A stretch of DNA of 49,733 nucleotides, from positions 1 to 49,733 of the forward strand of contig NIVC01004338.1 of NCBI GenBank assembly GCA_002269645.1, given 5' to 3'. Below, one piece after another: positions 1-11,500 of this stretch. The notes under the pieces are model-generated. The model saw only the letters and a list, made by a program, of their open reading frames with translations, ran no database searches and had not been told where the DNA came from. Position numbers and translations under genes: made by a program. Every line of letters starts with the position of its first letter. Within the stretch, counting starts at the first letter, position 1. This DNA is from Macrostomum lignano. Lineage: Eukaryota.

Positions 1-15
1 TACCTCGCGCCACAA

Positions 16-609
16 CCTGCCTGCCTGCCTGTCTGTCTGTCTGTCTGTCTGTCTTTCTGTCTGTCTGTCTGTCTTAGTCTTAGTGTCTTAGTGTCTGTCT
101 GTCTGTCTGTCTGTCTTAGTCTTAGTGTCTTAGTGTCTGTCTGTTTGTCTTAGTGTCTATCTGTTTGTCTTAGTGTCTGTCTGTTTGTCTTAGTGTCTAT
201 CTGTTTGTCTTAGTGTCTGTCTGTTTGTCTTAGTGTCTATCTGTTTGTCTTAGTGTCTGTCTGTTTGTCTTAGTGTCTATCTGTTTGTCTTAGTGTCTGT
301 CTGTTTGTCTTAGTGTCTATCTGTTTGTCTTAGCGTCTGTCTTAGTGTCTTAGTGTCTGTCTTAGTGTCTTAGTGTCTGTCTTATTGTCTTAGTGTCTGT
401 CTTAGTGTCTTAGTGTCTGTCTTATTGTCTTAGTGTCTGTCTTAGTGTCTTAGTGTCTGTCTTAGTGTCTTTGTGTCTGTCTTAGTGTCTTAGTGTCTGT
501 CTTAGTGTCTTAGTGTCTTAGTGTCTGTCTTAGTGTCTTTGTGTCTGTCTTAGTGTCTTAGTGTCTGTCTTAGTGTCTTAGTGTCTTAGTATCTGTCTGT
601 CTGTCTGTC
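16..609. repeat. Microsatellite/minisatellite block: (CTGT)n grading into GTCTTAGTGTCT-type units
   Basis: Read directly; lies immediately upstream of the 661-961 exon, so probably intronic. Confidence 0.9.
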
Positions 610-660
610 CGAATCTATTTACAATTCCGAAACTCGCCGCCTTCCCCCACCTCAAGGCAG

Positions 661-961
661 CATAGACGAGATCCCCAGACTGCCAGCCCTGCGCGAGTCC
701 AACAATGACGAGTCGCTGCTACCCGATCTGGATGAAGAACTCCAGCAGCAGCGGGCCGGACAGCAGCAGCATCAGCAGGATCGCCTCAATGTTAACAACG
801 AAGCAGACGACGAAGAAGCTCGCAAACGCCGCAGCCGTTTGGCCTCCGGGCCGAAAACCTTGGATCCGTACCAGTCCGACCCGGCCTCCACTGCTCTGCT
901 GCCCGTGCTCATTGCGGTGGCCGCCGCTCTGCCACTGTTCTTCTGCCTGTGCAAGCTTTGA
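661..961 (+). CDS. Terminal coding exon of an upstream gene; probable tail-anchored/C-terminal transmembrane protein
   Basis: The frame with codons starting at 662 (not in the ORF track) reads IDEIPRLPALRESNNDESLLPDLDEELQQQRAGQQQHQQDRLNVNNEADDEEARKRRSRLASGPKTLDPYQSDPASTALLPVLIAVAAALPLFFCLCKL*, with TGA at 959-961. GC-rich, with an AT-rich 3' UTR following. Pyrimidine-rich acceptor cttcccccacctcaaggcag| at 660; the 5' boundary is uncertain. Confidence 0.65.
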
Positions 962-2559
962 GTGTGGGTTGGTGTGATTGTTTTAACAAAACATTTTATA
1001 TATAGCAGTTTCAGGCGTTGCAGCTTAGACCGTCACATTCCATTTCGTCATATTGTTTGACGTAGTGACCAGGAACAAAATAACCTTGTAAAGTAAATAT
1101 GACTTAGAATTTACATGCCTGGTTGATGACGAAATTTCTTGGAAACAGTTTACGTACGAAATTTATATACAAAGAATCTTCGCATCGCTTTCGCTTAAAT
1201 TACTCGATATAGCTACTTTTATAAAATGATTATAAGAAAATCGTCGATTTAGCTCCTAAAAGAGAAAGTTTTCTTTAGAAAGAATTGTTAACAAAGAAAT
1301 ACAAGCTGGTTCTGAGAATAGGAATCGCCCCTGGGGGTTCCTATACTCATTTAGTCATCTAGTAATCTAGGGTATCTATGACCCACCAACATTTAAGAAT
1401 TGACGTCTATTTTGCTGCAGTGCATCGTCGACCACCATTTTTTCTGACTGGTTGAGATAAAGTAATGAGTACACAAGGTCCAGTTATTATTAAAATATTT
1501 AGTCACTTCGTCTTATTTACTTTACAAGGCTACTCGTACTATGCTCCTAATCACTTTCGTCATACAATATGACAGAATGGAATATGACGGTCTGACCAAC
1601 AACCCGTAAGGTGGATTCTTAGATATATACAAAACCGGTTTCATAGAAATCTTGAAGCGATTCCTAGAAACAAAATGGCAATATGTCTATTTTAGACAGA
1701 AATTCTTGGAGAAGTTCTAGAAAAGTGCCTTTCTGAAAACGAGGTAATAAAACGTAACAATATAGACTCAGAATCAGATTTGGATAAAAATCATTTGATT
1801 TTTTTCATACTAAAGTCTATTTGTGTTACTACCGCTAGCTTTAAATTCGTCACATTTGTTATCTAATTTATTATATATAATATAGAATAACATAATCACT
1901 TTTTACTTAACTTTAGGTCAAAGTTAATTAACAATTTGGTTTCTCTGACTTCGAGTATAATATTAGTAGCAATCTTTTAATAAAAAATTAATTCCTCGAA
2001 TTGTTCTACATTCCTAAACCTTTTGGTTCTAGCATAGTTTCATGATTTTTTTCATAAATTTGATGTGTTAAAATTCTCTATTTATAATGAAGCCTTTTGT
2101 TTTGCTTTGCTGTGAAACTTGTGCGATCATAATGGCATACTAACATATTTTTGTGTTTTTTCCTAGCTAGTAATTGATGTAATTTTTATTATGAATTAAT
2201 CTTGACAGCTGAATAATGGCTTTAGTAATTTCGTGCGCTCCTAACTAGTCTGTAATATTTGTTTGATCACAAAGGTTTTTTCAGTCGTATTTACCCATTT
2301 TTATTTTCTTTCTTTTGACTATGAGCTTGTAGCTTTAAAGTATTGTAGTTTGTCTTGTGCAATTTTAATTTTAATTTTAGCATTGAGTAGTAAGTCATAT
2401 TGATAGACATTTCCAACGAAAAAGTAAACTGTAATCTTCAACCTAAAAACATGACTTTAGAGGTATAAAAAATCAGCCTTGAATTTTTTCCCCATTACTC
2501 CAATTTTAAATCGTCTTTTTAAAATTTGCTAGCTACGACCTTTCTGACACCTGACGTGC

Positions 2560-2690
2560 GGATCTTCCTATACATCTGATCTGACTTTGAGATTATTTTA
2601 GGCATCTGATCTTTGGACTCTTCCTAGACATCTGACCTTGAGCATCTTTCAAGTATCTGACCTAGGGGAATCTTCCTATGATACATCTTT
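2560..2690. repeat. Degenerate ~25-30 bp tandem repeat (ATCTTCCTAxxCATCTGACCT-like)
   Basis: CATCTGA/TATCTGA core recurs at about 2573, 2603, 2629 and 2654. Confidence 0.45.
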
Positions 2691-3455
2691 TCTGTATTGC
2701 AATGGTGTTACATTTTGCCCTAAACTGTCATTCTGATGTACCGTACATGTAGGTAGTTGTCATTTTTGTGTAGGTCTATTGCTAGTTTTTTTTATTTCTA
2801 TAGCGTTTTTGACTCTGAGATTAACTTTATGCCTTTTTAAATTAAATGCTCGAAGTTTCTATACAATTCCTGGTTGTTGAAGTTAGAGTGCCAATACCTA
2901 TACTCTCTGAATTCAAATTTCGCGTACTTATATTTCTACTTCGAGTTGTCTGTCTAGTAGTTTCAATCTTACCATCTTCGAACCGTTTACTTTTGATAAT
3001 TTGACAATTTAGTGAATAAACAATTTATTGTTATTAAGACGCATATCTTTCTTTAATATCGTTTGTTTGCGTAATCTATCGACAAACATCAGCGTGTTTT
3101 GATTTTTTTAAAAATCTAGTTTATCTAGGGATTTCAAGAATTGCTGTAAAGCCAACGCTCAAGTGAGAAGGCTAAAGGCTTAATGGGAGAATGCCGACTT
3201 GTATCTGAAAAACGAAAATTTTCGGTTTAAGTATACATATACATAGAGCCCCCAAAGGGGGTCGCGTGCTAGTCTATATGACTAAATCTTAACTGCACGT
3301 ATAGTTCGTAGGTTTAGCCTAAGCGATTATTATAAAAATAGTCACATGATCCAGTCAGTTTACGCTACCGGTATTAACCGACTGTGACTTGCTTCAGTTT
3401 TTTATCGACTCTAGCTACTTGCTGACTGTCAGAAAAACAGAAATTTTCACGTATT

Positions 3456-3569
3456 TCAAGACTCTTTCAAGACAAGACTCAAGATCTCTTCATCAAGCGT
3501 TGGTCCTTTGGGAATGTGTTTGGCATCGGCCGAAGATGGGATCTTAGCCTCGGTCGAAGATGCTGATGA
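3456..3569 (-). pseudogene. Diverged duplicate of a WASHC2 exon fragment (pseudo-exon or alternative terminal exon)
   Basis: 3486-3562 aligns without gaps to 17452-17528 with 6 mismatches in 77 nt by manual count. Same strand as the gene; preceded by a TTCAG acceptor; open frame to TGA at 3458-3456. Confidence 0.6.
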
Positions 3570-4190
3570 CTGAATTACGTAATAAATATGACTAGTAAAT
3601 CTGTTTCATGTGGCGTCAGTTTGTCTGACTGCCTTCCCGTTTCTATTGACAATAGTATCAAATCAAGAGGCAAATTGATTATAACAGTTCTTTTACTAAT
3701 ACTTACTAACTACTGCTACTATTACTGCCACTTCTACTACTACCAAGGACTACTCAAGTAGAAATGCAGCAAGCAGCGTTTATTGAAAAATTTAGGGAGG
3801 CAGATTTATCCAAAAAATACATTACTGAGCTGAAGAGGTTTTCGTTTTTTAGCACGAAATGTGCTATTGCTTTTAATAGGAGGCAGACACATTGGTCATT
3901 TTTTGATGACTTATTTTTCTTATAGCTTTTATTGATATTTATAGAACTGTTCCTTTTGAAAAATAGGATTTTGTCAATTTTCTATAATACGTAATACGTA
4001 CATGTCCTGTCTAACAATCATAAAAATGGCACAACTTGATCAATTTGTTTTATGATTATTTTATCAAAAGCAGTTACAAATTCTGTTCTGAAAAAATGAA
4101 ACCTCTATCCTCCGAAATATCTGTTTTGGTAAAACCTGCCTCCTATTTTTTCCAAGAAACGTACCTTCCGTCCTGCTTAAATAGTCCTGG

Positions 4191-4390
4191 ACTACTATTA
4201 CTACTACTACTTATACTACTACTACTATTGCTACTAGTACTGCTATTACTACTACTACTACTTATAATTCTACTACTACTACTACTAATCCTACTACTAC
4301 TACTACTACTACTACTATTACTATTACTACTACTACTACTATTACTACTACTATTACTACTATACTACTACTACTACTACTACTACTACT
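4191..4390. repeat. Degenerate (TAC)n trinucleotide microsatellite
   Basis: Read directly; explains the poly-Leu/Tyr ORF 4036-4392. Confidence 0.95.
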
Positions 4391-5394
4391 AAGCAATAAA
4401 ACAAGGAAAACTTACAAACCGTTATAATTTCAGTTTTGGCAGAATCAATAAAACACCAACAATTACAAACAATCGTGCATGATTTTATTTTATTTGCTCA
4501 AGTGCCTCTCAAATCAGTGTGCGAATGTAACGTTGAATCAGGAAAAACGGCAATCAATTGTGAAAGACTATAATTATGGATCAATAAGGTAATTAACAAG
4601 AGTCAATTATAGCGACTGCCAACATGCAGTTGATACGGCTGGCCAAATTACTGCTGGAATACAAATGAATTATTTGAAGGTACAGAGCATGAAATAAAAT
4701 TATGGTATTTATACAGCAATTTACTTTTTAAATTTGGCGACGAGAAAAATTGAGATAGCGGTAAAAAGTTTTTATAATCTGCATAACTAAATAACTAAAT
4801 CGTAGTAAGACAGACTCTGTATAAGGCATAATTAACACAATAAAATAGACGAATATTTCACTGCATACTCAAGTCCAGTTTACCTACAACACACGCTAGT
4901 CTAAGAACTACTAGATCCACAAGTAGTAAAAAAGGCAAATGTTATCAAAAAAGGAATTAATTATTTTACGAAAGAAAAATTATTTTACTTAGTGAATAGT
5001 TCCGAAATTTTGGACAAACAAAAAAATAAAAAAACGGATGATTATTAGTGGAGAAATTATTTTAGGGCTTTATTGACTGACGATGCGTATCAAAATTTAG
5101 TTTGCAAAGATAATCATTTCTTCTCGTTAATTAATACACTTGAAGTTTCATTGCCGATATGTATCGTAAATAATTTTATTAAGGTTAAATTTAAACAAAA
5201 AAGGATTGTATACCCTATTAATTATCGATGCGTAGCGCTATTAACTTAACAAAGGCATGAACGAATTTAATCGATTTTTAACAGACTTTCTCATTACAAT
5301 TGAAATTTAGGTGCACTACTAATAGTAGAAACACAAAACAACAAGCCATGTTATCAAATACAGGGTTAAGAAAAATGTCCCTATTATACTACTT

Positions 5395-5558
5395 CTACTT
5401 CAACGCTCCCAATGGATCGTCAAAAATATTGTCAGTATCGGTCTGGCCCGCCGTCTTTTTCTTGGCTTTCTTTTTTCCATCGGCGGACTTTTTAGAGGCC
5501 GGCTGGCCAGCGGCAGTAGCAGCTGCTCCAGCCGAAGTATTGGCACCGAAAATATCGT
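5395..5558 (-). CDS. WASHC2: WASH complex subunit 2 (FAM21) homologue, last exon (E14 of 14 found)
   Basis: Acceptor TTTCAG|AC, phase 1, matches the donor at 17040. Encodes DDIFGANT...DNIFDDPLGALK*, like the FAM21 C-terminal IFDDPL motif. Confidence 0.85.
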
Positions 5559-5594
5559 CTGAAATAGTGAGAACGGATGCTTTAGTGATCAATT

Positions 5595-8500
5595 GAATGT
5601 CAGATTGCAGCTTTAAATAGTGGATCAAATTGAAGGTTTAAACAGTGTCAGATTGCAGGTTCAATAGTGTCAGATTGCAGGTTCAATAGTGTCAGATTGC
5701 AGGTTCAAATAGTGTCAGATTGCAGGTTCAAATGGTGTCAGATTGCAGGTTCAATAGTGTCAGATTGCAGGTTCAAATAGTGTCAGATTGCAGGTTCAAT
5801 AGTGTCAGATTGCAGGTTCAAATAGTGTCAGATTGCAGGTTCAATAGTGTCAGATTGCAGGTTCAAATAGTGTCAGATTGCAGGTTCAAATGTGTCAGAT
5901 TGCAGGTTCAATAGTGTCAGATTGCAGGTTCAAATAGTGTCAGATTGCAGGTTCAATAGTGTCAGATTGCAGGTTCAAATAGTGTCAGATTGCAGGTTCA
6001 ATAGTGTCAGATTGCAGGTTCAAATAGTGTCAGATTGCAGGTTCAAATAGTGTCAGATTGCAGGTTCAATAGTGTCAGATTGCAGGTTCAAATAGTGTCA
6101 GATTGCAGGTTCAAATAGTGTCAGATTGCAGGTTCAAATAGTGTCAGATTGCAGGTTCAAATAGTGTCAGATTGCAGGTTCAAATAGTGTCAGATTGCAG
6201 GTTCAATAGTGTCAGATTGCAGAATAGTGTCAGATTGCAGGTTCAATAGTGTCAGATTGCAGGTTCAAATAGTGTCAGATTGCAGGTTCAAATAGTGTCA
6301 GATTGCAGGTTCAAATAGTGTCAGATTGCAGGTTCAAATAGTGTCAGATTGCAGGTTCAAATAGTGTCAGATTGCAGGTTCAATAGTGTCAGATTGCAGG
6401 TTCAATAGTGTCAGATTGCAGGTTCAATAGTGTCAGATTGCAGGTTTAAATAGTGTCAGATTGCAGGTTAAAACAGTGTCAGATTGCAGGTTTAAACAGT
6501 GTCAGATTGCAGGTTCAAATAGTGTCAGATTGCAGGTTCAATAGTGTCAGATTGCAGGTTCAAATAGTGTCAGATTGCAGGTTCAATAGTGTCAGATTGC
6601 AGGTTCAAATAGTGTCAGATTGCAGGTTCAATAGTGTCAGATTGCAGGTTCAAATGGTGTCAGATTGCAGGTTCAAATGGTGTCAGATTGCAGGTTCAAA
6701 TAGTGTCAGATTGCAGGTTTAAATAGTGTCAGATTGCAGGTTCAAATAGTGTCAGATTGCAGGTTCAAATAGTGTCAGATTGCAGGTTCAAATGTGTCAG
6801 ATTGCAGGTTCAAATAGTGTCAGATTGCAGGTTCAAATGGTGTCAGATTGCAGGTTCAAATAGTGTCAGATTGCAGGTTCAATAGTGTCAGATTGCAGGT
6901 TCAAATAGTGTCAGATTGCAGGTTCAATAGTGTCAGATTGCAGGTTCAAATAGTGTCAGATTGCAGGTTCAAATAGTGTCAGATTGCAGGTTCAAATAGT
7001 GTCAGATTGCAGGTTCAAATAGTGTCAGATTGCAGGTTCAATAGTGTCAGATTGCAGGTTTAAATAGTGTCAGATTGCAGGTTCAAATAGTGTCAGATTG
7101 CAGGTTCAAATAGTGTCAGATTGCAGGTTCAAATGTGTCAGATTGCAGGTTCAAATAGTGTCAGATTGCAGGTTCAAATAGTGTCAGATTGCAGGTTCAA
7201 TAGTGTCAGATTGCAGGTTCAAATAGTGTCAGATTGCAGGTTCAAATAGTGTCAGATTGCAGGTTCAAATAGTGTCAGATTGCAGGTTCAAATAGTGTCA
7301 GATTGCAGGTTCAAATAGTGTCAGATTGCAGGTTCAAATAGTGTCAGATTGCAGGTTCAAATAGTGTCAGATTGCAGGTTCAATAGTGTCAGATTGCAGG
7401 TTCAATAGTGTCAGATTGCAGGTTCAAATAGTGTCAGATTGCAGGTTCAAATAGTGTCAGATTGCAGGTTCAAATAGTGTCAGATTGCAGGTTCAAATAG
7501 TGTCAGATTGCAGGTTCAATAGTGTCAGATTGCAGGTTCAAATAGTGTCAGATTGCAGGTTCAAATAGTGTCAGATTGCAGGTTCAAATAGTGTCAGATT
7601 GCAGGTTCAAATAGTGTCAGATTGCAGGTTCAAATGTCAGATTGCAGGTTCAAATAGTGTCAGATTGCAGGTTCAATAGTGTCAGATTGCAGGTTCAAAT
7701 AGTGTCAGATTGCAGGTTCAAATAGTGTCAGATTGCAGGTTCAATAGTGTCAGATTGCAGGTTTAAATAGTGTCAGATTGCAGGTTCAAATAGTGTCAGA
7801 TTGCAGGTTCAAATAGTGTCAGATTGCAGGTTCAAATGGTGTCAGATTGCAGGTTCAAATAGTGTCAGATTGCAGGTTCAAATAGTGTCAGATTGCAGGT
7901 TCAAATAGTGTCAGATTGCAGGTTCAATAGTGTCAGATTGCAGGTTCAAATAGTGTCAGATTGCAGGTTCAAATAGTGTCAGATTGCAGGTTCAAATGTG
8001 TCAGATTGCAGGTTCAAATAGTGTCAGATTGCAGGTTCAATAGTGTCAGATTGCAGGTTCAAATAGTGTCAGATTGCAGGTTCAATAGTGTCAGATTGCA
8101 GGTTCAAATAGTGTCAGATTGCAGGTTCAAATAGTGTCAGATTGCAGGTTCAAATGGTGTCAGATTGCAGGTTCAAATAGTGTCAGATTGCAGGTTCAAT
8201 AGTGTCAGATTGCAGGTTCAAATAGTGTCAGATTGCAGGTTCAATAGTGTCAGATTGCAGGTTCAATAGTGTCAGATTGCAGGTTCAAATAGTGTCAGAT
8301 TGCAGGTTCAAATAGTGTCAGATTGCAGGTTCAAATGGTGTCAGATTGCAGGTTCAAATAGTGTCAGATTGCAGGTTCAAATAGTGTCAGATTGCAGGTT
8401 CAAATAGTGTCAGATTGCAGGTTCAAATGGTGTCAGATTGCAGGTTCAAATAGTGTCAGATTGCAGGTTCAATAGTGTCAGATTGCAGGTTTAAAGTGTC

Positions 8501-11500
8501 AGATTGCAGGTTCAAATAGTGTCAGATTGCAGGTTCAAATGTGTCAGATTGCAGGTTCAAATAGTGTCAGATTGCAGGTTCAATAGTGTCAGATTGCAGG
8601 TTCAAATAGTGTCAGATTGCAGGTTCAATAGTGTCAGATTGCAGGTTCAAATAGTGTCAGATTGCAGGTTCAAATAGTGTCAGATTGCAGGTTCAAATAG
8701 TGTCAGATTGCAGGTTCAAATGGTGTCAGATTGCAGGTTCAAATAGTGTCAGATTGCAGGTTTAAATAGTGTCAGATTGCAGGTTCAAATAGTGTCAGAT
8801 TGCAGGTTCAAATAGTGTCAGATTGCAGGTTCAAATGGTGTCAGATTGCAGGTTCAATAGTGTCAGATTGCAGGTTCAAATGTGTCAGATTGCAGGTTCA
8901 AATAGTGTCAGATTGCAGGTTCAATAGTGTCAGATTGCAGGTTCAAATAGTGTCAGATTGCAGGTTCAAATAGTGTCAGATTGCAGGTTCAAATAGTGTC
9001 AGATTGCAGGTTCAAATAGTGTCAGATTGCAGGTTCAAATAGTGTCAGATTGCAGGTTCAAATAGTGTCAGATTGCAGGTTCAATAGTGTCAGATTGCAG
9101 GTTCAAATAGTGTCAGATTGCAGGTTCAAATAGTGTCAGATTGCAGGTTCAAATGGTGTCAGATTGCAGGTTCAAATAGTGTCAGATTGCAGGTTCAATA
9201 GTGTCAGATTGCAGGTTCAATAGTGTCAGATTGCAGGTTCAAATGGTGTCAGATTGCAGGTTCAAATAGTGTCAGATTGCAGGTTCAAATAGTGTCAGAT
9301 TGCAGGTTCAAATAGTGTCAGATTGCAGGTTCAAATAGTGTCAGATTGCAGGTTTAAATAGTGTCAGATTGCAGGTTTCAAATAGTGTCAGATTGCAGGT
9401 TCAAATAGTGTCAGATTGCAGGTTCAATAGTGTCAGATTGCAGGTTCAAATAGTGTCAGATTGCAGGTTCAAATAGTGTCAGATTGCAGGTTCAAATAGT
9501 GTCAGATTGCAGGTTCAAATAGTGTCAGATTGCAGGTTCAAATAGTGTCAGATTGCAGGTTCAATAGTGTCAGATTGCAGGTTCAATAGTGTCAGATTGC
9601 AGGTTCAAATAGTGTCAGATTGCAGGTTCAAATAGTGTCAGATTGCAGGTTCAAATAGTGTCAGATTGCAGGTTCAAATAGTGTCAGATTGCAGGTTCAA
9701 ATAGTGTCAGATTGCAGGTTCAAATAGTGTCAGATTGCAGGTTCAAATAGTGTCAGATTGCAGGTTCAAATAGTGTCAGATTGCAGGTTCAAATAGTGTC
9801 AGATTGCAGGTTCAAATAGTGTCAGATTGCAGGTTCAAATAGTGTCAGATTGCAGGTTCAAATAGTGTCAGATTGCAGGTTCAAATAGTGTCAGATTGCA
9901 GGTTCAAATAGTGTCAGATTGCAGGTTCAAATAGTGTCAGATTGCAGGTTCAAATAGTGTCAGATTGCAGGTTCAATAGTGTCAGATTGCAGGTTCAAAT
10001 AGTGTCAGATTGCAGGTTCAAATAGTGTCAGATTGCAGGTTCAAATGGTGTCAGATTGCAGGTTCAAATAGTGTCAGATTGCAGGTTCAAATAGTGTCAG
10101 ATTGCAGGTTCAAATAGTGTCAGATTGCAGGTTCAAATAGTGTCAGATTGCAGGTTCAAATAGTGTCAGATTGCAGGTTCAAATAGTGTCAGATTGCAGG
10201 TTCAAATAGTGTCAGATTGCAGGTTCAATAGTGTCAGATTGCAGGTTCAATAGTGTCAGATTGCAGGTTCAAATAGTGTCAGATTGCAGGTTCAAATAGT
10301 GTCAGATTGCAGGTTCAATAGTGTCAGATTGCAGGTTCAATAGTGTCAGATTGCAGGTTCAAATAGTGTCAGATTGCAGGTTCAAATAGTGTCAGATTGC
10401 AGGTTTAAATAGTGTCAGATTGCAGGTTCAAATGGTGTCAGATTGCAGGTTCAAATAGTGTCAGATTGCAGGTTCAATAGTGTCAGATTGCAGGTTCAAT
10501 AGTGTCAGATTGCAGGTTTAAATAGTGTCAGATTGCAGGTTAAATAGTGTCAGATTGCAGGTTCAAATAGTGTCAGATTGCAGGTTCAAATAGTGTCAGA
10601 TTGCAGGTTCAATAGTGTCAGATTGCAGAATAGTGTCAGATTGCAGGTTCAATAGTGTCAGATTGCAGGTTCAAATGGTGTCAGATTGCAGGTTCAAATA
10701 GTGTCAGATTGCAGGTTCAAATAGTGTCAGATTGCAGGTTCAAATAGTGTCAGATTGCAGGTTCAAATAGTGTCAGATTGCAGGTTCAAAGTGTCAGATT
10801 GCAGGTTCAAATAGTGTCAGATTGCAGGTTCAAATAGTGTCAGATTGCAGGTTCAAATAGTGTCAGATTGCAGGTTCAAATAGTGTCAGATTGCAGGTTC
10901 AAATAGTGTCAGATTGCAGGTTCAATAGTGTCAGATTGCAGGTTCAAATAGTGTCAGATTGCAGGTTCAATAGTGTCAGATTGCAGGTTCAAATAGTGTC
11001 AGATTGCAGGTTCAAATAGTGTCAGATTGCAGGTTCAAATAGTGTCAGATTGCAGGTTCAATAGTGTCAGATTGCAGGTTCAAATAGTGTCAGATTGCAG
11101 GTTCAAATAGTGTCAGATTGCAGGTTCAAATAGTGTCAGATTGCAGGTTCAAATAGTGTCAGATTGCAGGTTCAAATGGTGTCAGATTGCAGGTTCAAAT
11201 AGTGTCAGATTGCAGGTTCAATAGTGTCAGATTGCAGAATAGTGTCAGATTGCAGGTTCAAATAGTGTCAGATTGCAGGTTCAAATAGTGTCAGATTGCA
11301 GGTTCAAATAGTGTCAGATTGCAGGTTCAAATAGTGTCAGATTGCAGGTTCAAATAGTGTCAGATTGCAGGTTTAAATAGTGTCAGATTGCAGGTTCAAA
11401 TAGTGTCAGATTGCAGGTTCAAATAGTGTCAGATTGCAGGTTCAAATAGTGTCAGATTGCAGGTTCAAATAGTGTCAGATTGCAGGTTCAAATAGTGTCA

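Noticed and set aside
705-977. ORF-track 90-aa protein MTSRCYP...
   Set aside because: Wrong frame; the overlapping frame ending at 961 has coherent composition and a TM tail.
1312-1349. Isolated hairpin TGAGAATAGGA...TCCTATACTCA with CCCCC/GGGGG core (similar C5/G5 stem at ~3248-3260)
   Set aside because: No element boundaries or further homology between the two; not a terminator in a eukaryotic context.
4036-4392. 118-aa poly-Leu/poly-Tyr ORF resembling a membrane protein
   Set aside because: Translation of a (TAC)n microsatellite.
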